A stretch of DNA of 64,000 bases from Eledone cirrhosa (taxonomy: Eukaryota), in the NCBI GenBank assembly GCA_964016885.1, contig OZ024741.1, positions 71,362,001-71,426,000 on the forward strand, read 5' to 3'. The stretch's first letter is position 1. Each line of letters begins with the position of its first letter. Under the pieces are notes generated by a model. The model saw only the letters and a list, made by a program, of their open reading frames with translations, had not been told where the DNA came from and did no database searches. Positions 44,008-56,902 of this stretch are shown piece after piece. The position numbers were made by a program, and so were the translations under genes.

Positions 44008-45671
44008 AACACACACACACAGTTTCACCAAACAAGCAAGCTTATTTGTTCTCAACTCAGGGACATTCACATATATGATCTAAGAAACAATACAACAAAC
44101 TTATGAAGCAGGCAAGGGATATGGCTCATCATAACAAAAAAGAAGGTAAGCTTTCATTAGGCATGCCATTCAAAAAGCCAAATGGGCCACAGTTTGCTTA
44201 TGTGTAGGGTAGATTAAGATTTATACCAAGTGTAAATAAACTATAGGCTTAACAAATATTAGAAATATATTTGAGAACTAATAACATTTCTGAAGAATTC
44301 CATTAAAAACTTTTTTTTTGTAATGTCATTTGTGGATTTTAAAGTTCACATGTGCAAGCCCCAAAACAGTCACCTACACAGACAATTTCTCTCTCCCCTG
44401 TTCTCTTAACCATTCATAAAGGGAGATTTTACTCAAAATATTAGGATCATTAAAAGATATTTTTGTTCTTGATCTGTATATTTAATCTTCTAGCTGCATT
44501 GTTGAAGCTTTCTAACAGTTTGATAGTTTTTTTTTAATCAGTTGATTGTCAGACTGGATGAAGAAAATGTTTCCATTGGATTTTCCATAATTGATACTAT
44601 CTATCGTTTTCAGCTCCTGATAGGAGGTGGAATTTAAACTAAAAATGCACAGAGTCAGATCAGATACCGACTCATTAACAATTTCACCAATCCTCTGACC
44701 CTGAACTGCTAGTTTTTAACCGATCCTGAAAGGATGAAAAGCAAAGCTGACTTTGACAAATTTGTACTCAGAGCTGAAAAAAATGCCAAGGAATTTAATC
44801 CAACGCCCAAACAACTGTCAGTTTTTCATTGTCTTCATCCTCTCTCTAATTCTCATACTAGCCATTAAATCTGGTGTTTACCAACCAGCAGAGAGATTTC
44901 AGTTTGAAGATAAATCTGAATAAGAATGCAGTAAGCCTAATCAAGTTCTAAGTAAATTTGAACATTATCAAACAACTTGCCCCTCATAGGAAGACAAATT
45001 ATACATTTCATCAGTTTAACTCTTACCGTCCTGTACCACATAAAACCGCATGAGAGAGGCACTCTTGAAAAGCATAAACAAGCATCACATTAAAAATTAA
45101 AGCCTTTACTCAAATGTAATTGTTTATGATTTTTGTTAACTAGTAAAGATAATATAAACATTTGAATTAACAAACCCATTTTTAGACATATTCTGCTAAA
45201 TTATCATGGGATGTTAAGAGTTAATATCACTAGAGAATATATATCAAAAGGTTTCTGATAAAATAATATCCATGATAAACTAGCAACTTATCCACTTTAC
45301 ACTACAAAAATTGGTCTTACTTTATAGTAATGATGCTTACTGATAATTCTACACAGAAGAAACCATTTTTATTGGGTACAAATATAATAAAGGTGTTATT
45401 CGAAATTTAGCATTAAAAATATCTGAATCTCAATAGACAAAGGATAGTGTATGTGTGTATTCCCAGAACAAGACAAAAAAAAAAAAAAAAAAAAAAAAAA
45501 TCACAACTTTATTTTCATGTTATTGTATTTTATATTATATAACATTATCTTACAATCTTATATCACACACCACACCAATGACAGAGGTGGAACTTTCAAA
45601 ATAGGGCATGTCAATGGTAAGATAGTATATTTAATTAGATTTTAATTTCTTCTATCTGGATCTATTGTCAT

Positions 45672-46108
45672 GTAGATTGGCAGTATCGGTAGAGTGTTGG
45701 ACACCATGCTTCGTTCCAGAGTTACGGCCCTTTACGTTCTGCGTTCAAATCCCACTGAAGTTAACTTTGCCTTTCATCCTTACGAGGTTGATAAAATAAA
45801 GTACCAGTGAGTACTGGGGTCAATTTAATCGACTTTGCCCTCCCCTTCAAATTGCTGGCCTTGTGCCTAAAGTAGAAACAATTATTATTATTATTTTCTC
45901 CCTACTATAGCAGTGGATTGGCTGCATCGGCAGAGCATTGAACAACATGCTTTGCAGTATATAGTCATTGCCCTTTACATTCTGAGTTCAAATCCTGCCA
46001 TTTGCTTTTCATCCTTACAGGGTTGATAAAATAAAGCTAAGTACCATTTAATCAATTTTCCCCCGCCCCAAAATTGTTGGCCTTGTACTTAAATCAATAA
46101 CCATTATT
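45672..46108 (+). mobile_element. Two tandem family-A SINEs
   Basis: 45672-45893 and 45908-46108, each with gattggc..tcgg, gttcaaatcc, ctttcatcctta and ggccttgt. Confidence 0.8.
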
Positions 46109-46263
46109 TTCTTCTATTTCTCATCCTATCTTCTAATGGACCAACACCAAAACTATTAAGACTTTTTTCCTATTATATTAACCATTCAACTAATATCATT
46201 CTACTGTATTATTCTCCCATGCTTTTTTCCTTGCTGACTTTTTACGTGCACACACAAACTATA

Positions 46264-46296
<33 letters not shown>

Positions 46297-49200
46297 CCCA
46301 TCATGTAAGATGCTCATGTCGATGCCGTTACAAAAGAGCACCTAGTGCCCCTCTCCCCATAAAGTAAAATGATAAAAAAAGCACCTAACCCGCATGACAA
46401 AAGCGCCCAGCCTACACTAGAGAGGCCATGTTGGTGACAACAAAAAGTGCCCAGTCCATGTTGTAAAGTGGCCATTTTGGTGCCATGATAAAAAGCATGC
46501 AGTCCACACTGTAAATGTGATTGGCATTAAGAAGGGCATCCAGCCATAGAAACCAAGCAAAAAGCAGTTGTGTGTGAGCAAAACACGGTCACCCAACTTG
46601 ACTCGTCTCACAATGGGACAACTCGTCTAACCCATGCTAGTGTGGAAAAATTGACGTTAAATGATGGTAATGATATATATATATATATATATATATATCT
46701 ACATATATATAAATAAGATTGGTTGTTTGCTTTCTAGCATAAAATGAAATGGTTGCATAGATAGATTGACCTAGCCATCTTAAACCTAGGCTTTATGAAC
46801 CCAGTTACAGTAAAGAGAGATGCATATCATTCAATGTCCATTTTAACATACTGCATGAGGTGGATTTCACAGCATTTCAGTTATTTGCATACACATCCAT
46901 ATATACATTATATTATATATATTTGACTCTTCAGTTGTGTCAAAGACATGACAACTTCCCTAGTGTTGGTGACCTACATGTTAAACACATCCAGTACACT
47001 CTCTAAAGTGGTTGGTAATAGGAAGGGCATCCAACTGTAGAAATCTTGCCAAATGGCTGTGTCAATGGCAGAACCTCTAAAGTTTTGGTGTGTCAATAAA
47101 ATGCACTCAGTAGAGCATGGGATCATATGTAAGCAAGATGCATCCCTCACTTACCACTTGAGCACTGACTTAGTCTGGGAAGCCCTGTCCAACCCTTGCT
47201 GGCAGGGAAAAATGGATGTTAAGTGGTGGTGGTGATGAGGCATATATATATATAAAGCATAAAACTAATATATTTTTTCATTGTATTGTGTCATTTGCTG
47301 TTATTTCTATTTGCCTTTAACATGCGTGCATCTATATATACACACACACACGCATAAAATGAAATACCAAAACAGATATGGTATAAGACTGCTATTTTTC
47401 ATGAATTGTATGCAGTTTAAACAAGTCAACAGCCAAAACATTTAATTCTATTAACTTCCCTTTACTTAGTTATCAAGGTGAAGTACCATGCTTGAAAGAA
47501 ATTCATCTAAAAGCATTGACATAAATTGGTTTCATAGAAACATGTGAGAACTACCAAACTAAAGCTTTTTTAATTTGGAAAATGGTAGTGCTGGCATCAT
47601 GACAAAATGCACCCAGTACACACTGTAAAGTGGTTGGTGCTAGATAGGGCAACCAACCATAGAAACCAGGCCAGTATGTAAAGTGGTCATCTGACCTGTC
47701 TAGTCTCATAATCTGACAACCCAACCAACCTATATCTGCATGAAAAACAGATATAAAATGGTGGTGATGGTGATGATGATGACAGTCATTTTGTTTTTAG
47801 AGGGTGTGTATGGGATTTTTGAAAGCATGAAAAATATCAAAAGAATTTCCAACGAAGTCAAAACCAAGAAGAATAGTCATCATCTCCCATGTAAATTTAG
47901 AAACAAAATAATTAGCCCTTTTGATATCAACATGGCTTCAATTCTATGAAACAAAAGTACACATTTAAAGGGTTTCTGTTTAAATCAAAATCTTCCAAAA
48001 TGTTTTTATATAAAAACTCTTGGTTAAGTTACTATTTTAGCAATAACAATAATTATAGTAAATCCCTCAAAATTGCTGATCGATTAATTAAAATACAGTG
48101 TATTTCATGTGAAATAAGGTCACAAAAGAATTAATTGAAATAGAACACATTTCATGAGAAACATTCACAAAAGAGTGAGTTAATTGAAATAGAATATATT
48201 TTATGAAAAATATGATCCCAAATGGGTTACCATACAGTGGATAAAGCTCGGAAGATATCTTGTTAAAAGAAATTACACTAGAAAATCTCACAAAAACTGA
48301 AATCGTATGTCTTAATTATTGCGAGGTCCTTACAGATTGTCAGGTCACAAGTTAGAACTCGTTTAGCTTGTGTCTAAACCTGGCATTGTAAACACACTTT
48401 AGTTTACCCCTCTCTCTCCAATTTGTACCAATAGAATTGTTTTGTCTTTTGCTAATGGTTTTAAACTAGCCAGGAACCTGAGCTCAAAATGTTTAGCAAA
48501 ACAAATAGGGAATCCTACCATAGAATGAAGGTTCAAACATAATACATAAACTCTACAGATGAATTTGAATTAACATACATCAAGCATTTTAACTAGTATG
48601 TGTGCTTGTGGGAAGGGGGGGAGGGGGCTTTGATCAGTACAAAACAAACTGGAGAACTGGTGGTTTGTATTAAGAGTTATGACGGAATATTTTTTTTAAT
48701 GGAAAGATGTAAGGTCTTCATGTGAAGATTTGACTGATCAGATACTCAACCCAATATATTTCAGACCAATTTTGTATGGGAATGAATAAAGACATGATTG
48801 GATCAACCACAATAGTTTACTGGTACCAAGTGGCAATGAATATAATTTAACTGTGGCATGATTAGAACCCAAGGGTCAGACATTGAATTTCATAGCTGCC
48901 TATTTCAACGACCACCTCCACACACAAATAATAATTGCTTCTTACAAAAATGTAAAGAATAGAAGTGTTAAAGAAAGAAAAATTAGAAGTGATATCCATG
49001 GCTTTCTCAAAAGTATTAGTAATAAAATTGAAGTGAAGTAATTCAAATCAGTAAGCCAAACTAAAATATCCATGGCTTTCTCAAAGGTATTAGTAATACA
49101 ATTGAAGTCAAATAATTTACACCAGGAATTAAAATTAAACCTCTATGGAACTTGCCACTTTCTGAATGAGAAAAAAAAAAAGAAAACAAAATACAGATTT

Positions 49201-51339
49201 ATAGGCATAAGTTTTAGATTTATAAGATAGAAGAATATGTGAGCATTAGATACGTGAGGAGAAATGGCGAGAATAAGGATTCATTTTTTATTTTTACTGT
49301 TTATTCATGGGGGGGGGGGGGGTGTTCATGACTCTTTTCAAGACTTTTGAGACTGGTGGGTGGGCAAGAGAGAAAAAGGTGGCCTCAAACTAAAGATCTG
49401 ACCTGTATATTTACATCAGATTGAACTCTGCTAAAAACAACCAAGGGCCGGGTGGTGGTGTTAAATTGGGTGTTGGATTAAGTATACTATTTGTATAGGC
49501 CACAATAGGATTTTAACTCAGAACAGAATACCTTAATAAATAATATACAAATCAATTTTCAAGTGATTTGAACTCAGAATTAAGCCAACTCAAGTATGGG
49601 CCTACAATTTGAAGAGGGCCTATTCACCTAAAGTTCTAGTTGTTTTATTGTTCTGTTACTTGTGAATACATCATGCACACTATATTTACATGTACATACA
49701 TATAGCCCTATTTAGCACTGATTTCTAAAATACCTAATGAACAGTTTATTACTAACTTTACACAAGACTAGTAGATGCACTTAGGATTGCCTTAAGATCA
49801 TACTTAGATGATCATAGAAAGGCTCCAGCTGAGTAATCTGTAAAATACCATCACCATACAATGGCAGAAGATGCTTGGACATGTGCTATGCATGTCCACA
49901 AGTAGACAAGTGAGGGCCTTTCTTGAATGGAAGCCAGGAGGGCATAGGAAGCAAGGCAGACCTGTCAAGATCTTGTTGAGGTCTGTAGAGAAAGACCAGA
50001 CAGACAGGCCTGGCCTGGAAGCAGGCCCTTGATAGAGTTTGCAATCATGCAGAATGGAAATCTCTCATCACTCAATGCACCATAGGGAGCAAATGGAACT
50101 AAAGAAAAAGGTGGATGCACAATAAATTCTATTTAACCTGTCTGTCCCTCAAATCTGACAACTTAACACAACTATTAATGTGATTTCCTATTCACATCTT
50201 CCCTACCTTACTGATTTAGTCGAAAGCTAAACTCTTGTATTTACAACTCATGATTGATCCAGTGATCAGGTGGTGGTACCATATTAAGCTTAACATCCAA
50301 GTAGGACATAGAGTGATCTAAATTCAAAATGCAAAGAGTCAGAACAAATACTGCAAGGAATCTTACCTAGCACTAATAATTCCACCAGCCTGGGGACTTG
50401 TGGAATTAGTTTTTATTTTATCAATTCTAAAAGAATAAAAGGCAAAGTTCATTGAGAGAGAGAGAAACAAATACTGCCAGGTATTTCGTCCTAAGCTTTA
50501 ATTGCTCTTCCCATTTGCTAGTTAAAATAAAAAGAGTATTCATCTCTGAAAACATTTGCTCCAATAAAATGGCTAAACAAACAAATTTTTAAAAACAGTC
50601 ATAGCTGTCTCCACCTAAGCTTGTCTCAAAGAAAATACTTGTTGGCCAGTTAAAATACAATACATTATCTCTCTTCTAGAATATTTTTTTTCACTCATTT
50701 CTTTTAATATCTCTCAATATTTCTTACAATAACATTTTTACCTGTCCTTATCTAATTTCCAATCCATCTCTTCCTGAACATTTTCTACTTTGAATTCCTG
50801 TAACTTACAAATTATCTCTGCTTGTCCTTCATCAACAGAGGCCCCTCTGTCCTCTTCTTTCCATCTCTAGGGGTACTTGATTTTTTAAAACATATTTATA
50901 ATGATCAACTATCATGAAAAATTAGTCTTATTAAATGTTCTTTCTTTCTCTCAAAAAAATAAATCTAGTTCCAAATTTAGCTTGTCATTTTAACCAAGTT
51001 TCTGAGAGATGAAGCTCAGAAATGGATTACTTATACTGGTAGATGTTGGTTTAAGACTATTAGATGTAGTATTCATGCCTTTCTCAAGGATATTATTAAT
51101 GATTTAAGGGAAAAGAAAAGAAGTGAAAATATATAAGTCCAATTAGTAAGTGAAGGCAAGTTGCAAATTCAGTTCACAAAGAAGCCACCTTCAACATTAG
51201 AGCACTTACAATATGTAATTAAAATACGTAACATATAACTTACATAATATATAATGTAATAAATATACAATGAAATGTATATACACATGTGTATCTTTGT
51301 AGTTTCATTGAAGCAAGTAGAGAAGTTGAAGAATTACAG

Positions 51340-51900
51340 GGCTGTTTTCATGTGATGGAGAGCAAGAGGCTCAATTAAATTTAGAAATTGCAGGAGCTGG
51401 TGCAATAATGTGCCAACTTCAGCACTTGGTCATCAGAAGAAATGAGGTAGGTGTAAAAGCCAAACTTGTATCTACTCTTGCCTATGGTCATGAATCTTGG
51501 ATATGACCAAAAGAATATGATTGCAAATACATGCAGCTGAAATCGGGCTCCTTCAAATTGACTCTGGAATAACGTTATTCAATAGTGTGTGCTCAGAAAT
51601 CAGGAAGCTGATTTAGATAGAATCACTATTTCTCTGCATTGAGAGATGACAGTTCCAGTACTATAGATATATGGTTAAAATGGCTAAGAAAAGAATTGCT
51701 CCACAGATGTTACAGGTAAAGCAAACCAGCAGGAGACCCAGAGACAGACCATGAGTAAGATGGTTGAATAACATCCATAAGGTCTCTGTTGGGGATCCAG
51801 TCAGATCATTTGAAGATGGTTGCATCGGGGTAGGTTCCTCTGGAAGGCATGTCTGAGGACTCTGCCCCTAGGTCCCTCTCAGAAGTGAGTAAAGAAGAAT
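51340..51900 (+). mobile_element. RTE family C 3' fragment, decayed
   Basis: L.YGHESW and KPTSRRPR.RP remnants with a gaagaa tail. Colinear with 59590-60118. Confidence 0.7.
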
Positions 51901-53455
51901 ATATATATGTGTATATACTTAGAAAACACAGAAAGATAGCTGTGAACACAGTTTCAAAAACTGAGTAAGATACCCCAATAGACAGGAAAAGTGACCAGCA
52001 GCTGCTACAGAAAATCAAACTCTGTACCTCTCAAATTATATATAATGTACTATATTGTTTTGATTTGCTATACAAAAATTTAAAAATGCTCAATACAGCC
52101 TTGTTTTAGAAGTGTGTAGTGTCTGTTCTATAGTAACATGTATCAACTAAAACAGGATTTCAGATGAATATCTAAAGGTTTCATGCAATCAATCTTTAGG
52201 TATGCATCCTAATCTTGATTACCTTACAACAGATATGGTATTTTGTAATAAATATATGGTTTTATATATATATATATATATATACACATATATACACACA
52301 TATATACATATTGTAACAAGTGTATGTAGCATGAAATATATGCACCAAATTTTCTAGATGTATTTTATGTGTAATCAAACATAAAAATAGTCAAACATTA
52401 ACTGACTCAGACACAATACATATAAGCAGAGTATAGATTGTATTTTACAAGGAAAAAGATTGAAAGTGACTTTGAAGTTACGTCTGTAGTTGGTTTCATG
52501 AAGGAAACTTTAATGTAACTCTCAACCTTTCCCTTGTGAAATAATATATATATGTATGTGTGTTATTATACTGTTTCCAAGGATGACAGCGAAATGGATC
52601 TAGGATATCAAGACTAGAAATAGGCGGTGACATAACTACTATCTATTAGTCGATATATCGATTTATCCTGATCAATCAGCCCTCGAAACAATCAAAGCAA
52701 TGAACTAATTAAGAACCTATCTTTGCCCTTTGCTTTACTTTTATTGTTCAACACACCCACACACACATACATACATATATTGAATATCAAGTTAACTCAG
52801 AGTTACAGCTTCAACGTATGCCTTTAATCCCGAAAAATAGTCTAATAGGTTGGGCATATAAGCCTCTAATGAGAGAAAAGAAGGACAGAATCACCTGTGG
52901 TACTTTAAGTCATACCTGTCATATGCTATGTATGTGTGAATGTGTATATATAATATATATATATATATATATAAATATACATGAAATGAGAGAGTGAGCG
53001 AGAGAGAGAATGTCACATGATGTAACTAGAAGTTAATAGAAATACAAAATAAAAAACATGTTTAAAATGTTATCTAGAGATGGTGGAGAAGTAAAGGGTG
53101 GGCTAGCTCACATTTCTTCTTATAAATCTGTTTATTTAATACTTATTTCGAGAAGAAAAATGTAGGGTTGTACGAAATAAAATTGCAAATAAATTAACCA
53201 CCAAATTAGGAAGTAGCTCGTTTGATATTATTCAATGTCATGTGCATAATTATAGACTGTGCACACAGAGTGTGCTCTTGAAGTAGTTGCTGTTTTATTT
53301 TTTTGTTGTCATTGTTGTTATTGTTGTTATTTTTCACAGGAAATACAAATAGATTTTAAAAAAATAAAACATAAAAAAACAATTTAATCATCTGTTTTTT
53401 GTCCAGACAGTGCCGAAATAATGGCAGAACAGTTTGAAGTTAAAAACCTAAAAGA

Positions 53456-53658
53456 TCATCCGTCATGAAACATTGCCTTTCTCCGTAACCAATTCTGGCA
53501 AGTGTCAAATGTAGTAAAACTAATGCCCACAGCTATCGGACCTTTGATCCAGTTCATACTGAGTCCTTTAAACATCCCCCTTCGGAAACCTTCTTCTTTT
53601 ATCACAGTGCGTGCAGTACTTAAGATGGAGGTATATTCTTGGCTACGACCAGTTACAC
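53456..53658 (-). CDS. SLC25A42: Mitochondrial coenzyme A transporter SLC25A42-like, terminal coding exon
   Basis: Acceptor ttgtag|GT at 53659/53658, phase 1. Encodes [47 protein letters not shown]. Confidence 0.92.
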
Positions 53659-55070
53659 CTACAATAAACAAGAACAAAAATAAAATATTTGAAATACAAG
53701 TTATGAGTTATCAGTACTAGTACATAAAACAAGGAAAAAATTATTTTAACTACAAAAATTATGTTTTCCACAAATTGCTTATTAGCAGCATTAATACATA
53801 ACTCATTGTTTTATTGGGAGAGTATGTAATATTCAGTTTCTTCATCAAATTGTAACCAAGTTTATATTGATTATACGCACAAACACACATCATCATCGTT
53901 TAATGTCCATTTTCCATGTTAGCATGGGTTAGACGGGTTGTCTCATTAGAGGCAAGTTGAGTCAAGTGACCGTGTCTTGCTCATATAATTTATATATTTC
54001 ATTTCTTATTCAAATTTCAGGTTTCACCCAAAAGTTCAGTTGACTTTTTCGGGGATTCCTGATATCGTGTGATTGGTATTTCAGTTTGGAGGACAAGATT
54101 TTTTCCAAGATATTCATAATGACTGAATCTCTAGGCATAAAACCCTTGAGTTTTAGGAGAAGGTAAATGCAAAGATGAGACATTCATGCATTGACACAAT
54201 AACCAAAACTACAGCCATCACTCACAGTTGAGTATGACTTGGTAGCATGTACCAGGCTTTTGCTAAGGGCTTTAGGTGTCTATGCAGTCGCGAGCAGACA
54301 GACATCTTCCCGCCTTGGATCCAGCAGAATATCCAGGATATAACAGCTGGAAGGGAAGAAGGCTACCCCAGCACTGGACGGGTACTTTCTTTATTGACCC
54401 TGAAAGGATGAAAAGCAAAGTGGACCTCAGCAGGATTTGGACTCAGAATACAGAAACCCAGAACAAATATCCATTGCTTTAACAACTGCCAAATGGACCA
54501 CCTTATTAAACTTCTGGGCACTCTAGGCACATTATGTCACCCATAGAGTAATCTCCCCTTAATACATAATGCAGCGCCAAGGGAAGCAATTCATTAAAAA
54601 ATTCAGCATGCTAAAGATTAAGACATTAATAAATGAAATGAAATAGCTGATACTGAATGTAATCAAAGTTCTCAGACACAGTTTGTCAATAGTTAACCTT
54701 TGTTTTATGTCATTATCACATTACCATCAAACAACTGAGAATAAGCTATCAAGAGAAACTTCTTTTTGGTGAGACAACCTACTAGAAATAACAGTCAAAT
54801 TTTCCTAATATTACATCCTACCATCTTAAAAAGGGAACAACACTTGTATTCAGCATGATATAAACAAATACACTATACTTTAAATCTTTTGTTACCATAT
54901 TTCAAATGAAGGACACTGTCTATGATTTTCAAAAAGTATTGAAAACAATCAAGAATTTGGGATTTAGTTAATATAACTTCATTATTAAGCTGATGTCTGG
55001 AACATAAAAGTTCTTGCATAAAATTATGATGGAAGGTTTTAGATAAGTATAAATAAATAGTTTATATCAT

Positions 55071-56348
55071 TACATGGAAGCACGGCCTAGAATCAAAAGG
55101 ACTTAAAATTAACCTGGCTAAGACTAAAGTTCTAGTTTGTAGGAAAGAAAATAAGGCGGCGGTCCCTTCTGGGAAATGGCCATGCTCAGTGTGTAGGAAA
55201 GGCGTAGGTAGAAACTCCATTTTATGTCCCAAATGCAAAGTATGGGTGCATAAAAGATGTAGTGGGATCACAGGTAAGCTAACTAAGAACATAGATTTTA
55301 CATGTGGCCGGTGCTCTGGTGCAATAAGTAGCAGCAAGGGCCCACAAAATACTAGCTCTTTCAATTGCGCAGAGGGCTCTATAGAAATAGTGGACAGCTT
55401 CCGTTACCTGGGCGACAAAATCAGCAGTGGGGGAGGGTGCTCTGAAAGTACAGTAGCTAGAGTCAGAACTGGTTGGAAAAAGTTCAGAGAGCTTATACCA
55501 CTATTAGCTGCTAAAGGGTTCTCCCTAAAAATGAAAGGCAGGTTGTATGATGCCTGCATACGAACAGCAATGTTGCATGGCAGTGAGACCTGGGCATTGT
55601 GTGCAGAGGATATACGCAGACTAGAGAGGAACGAAGCTTGCATGCTCCGCTGGATGTGTAACAGTAATATACGTGAACGGCAAAGCATAAACGAACTAAG
55701 GAAAAAATTAGAAATAAGAGGGATCAGATGTTGTTTACTCGAGAGAAGGCTACGTTGGTATGGACACGTGATGCGCATGAAAGTCGATAGCTGTATAACA
55801 AAGTGCAGAGCAATAAAGATAGACGGTAGCCACGGAATAGGCAGACCTAGAAAAACCTGGGGCGAGCTGATAAACTCCGACCTCACACACTTACACCTCT
55901 CCAAGACAATGTCACTGGACCGAGACCTTTGGCGGTACTCAGTAACAGAGAAGACCCGCCTTACCTAAATACATAGTAAAACCTACTACAGCCAGTAGGC
56001 ATCTCTAACAAAATACACCCCACCCCCACCACCCCACCTTCTATGTAAAGTTATGTTGGTGCCACGCCATCCAGGCCGAAACAAATGAGATCGTGTAGGT
56101 GTCACGAGAAAAAAACACACAGTCCACGCTGTAATGTGGCCATGTAGGCAACACGGTAAAAACCTCCCAGACCCACACTGTAAATGTGGTTGGTGTTAGG
56201 AAGGGCATCCAACTGTAGAAAACCTGCCAGACAGTCCTATGTGAGCAAGACAATCACTCTTGCCTCAAGTGGGAATACCCCCGTCCAAACCCATGCAAGC
56301 GTGGAACACGGACGTTAAACGTTGATGATGATGATGATGATGATGATG
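55071..56348 (+). mobile_element. RTE LINE family A, young 5'-truncated copy in an SLC25A42 intron (antisense to the gene)
   Basis: The 259-aa ORF 55189-55968 is nearly identical to the C-terminus of the 887-aa ORF. 3' UTR and (GAT)n tail present; it splits a family-P MITE. Confidence 0.93.
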
Positions 56349-56504
56349 AACCAAAAGTGATTTCAAGCAGTTTTATGCCAAAAGTGTTAAAGAAAGAGTA
56401 ATCTCAGTCTGAAGACATTTGATCATAAGTTTGCTCAATCAGGGCTGACCAGGAGTTAAACAACACAAAGAAAAAGATAAACAAAGGAGAACCATGATAT
56501 GTAC

Positions 56505-56627
56505 CTGCAGTTTGCATTCTTCTGCGAATGATATCCAAAGGATAAGATGCTGACTGGGCGATGAGGCCGGCTATTGCTCCAAAACATAATCTATCTATAG
56601 GCTGAGGTTCCACACCAGGTCCATACT
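56505..56627 (-). CDS. SLC25A42: SLC25A42-like internal exon (123 nt)
   Basis: tttcag|AG...GCAG|gtacat. Encodes [41 protein letters not shown] (carrier signature Px[DE]xx[KR]x[RK]). Phase 1/1 is compatible with the neighbouring exons. Confidence 0.92.
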
Positions 56628-56902
56628 CTGAAATAATAATAAACAGATCAGTGAATTTGTCAAACGCACATATAGTGGCATTTAAACTTTTCATTACCAT
56701 CTAAACACATGCTAGCGTGGAAGATAGACGTTAAACGATGATGATGATTTCTAATGAAAGATAATGCCAATAATTTTCAAATGATGTTGAAATCAAAAAC
56801 ATTTAGAGGAAGATAGTAATATAACAAACTTTCTTATTATTAAGTTGGTGTTTGAAACATACCTTAACAAAGATTCATACATTAAATTATGATGGACGGT
56901 TT

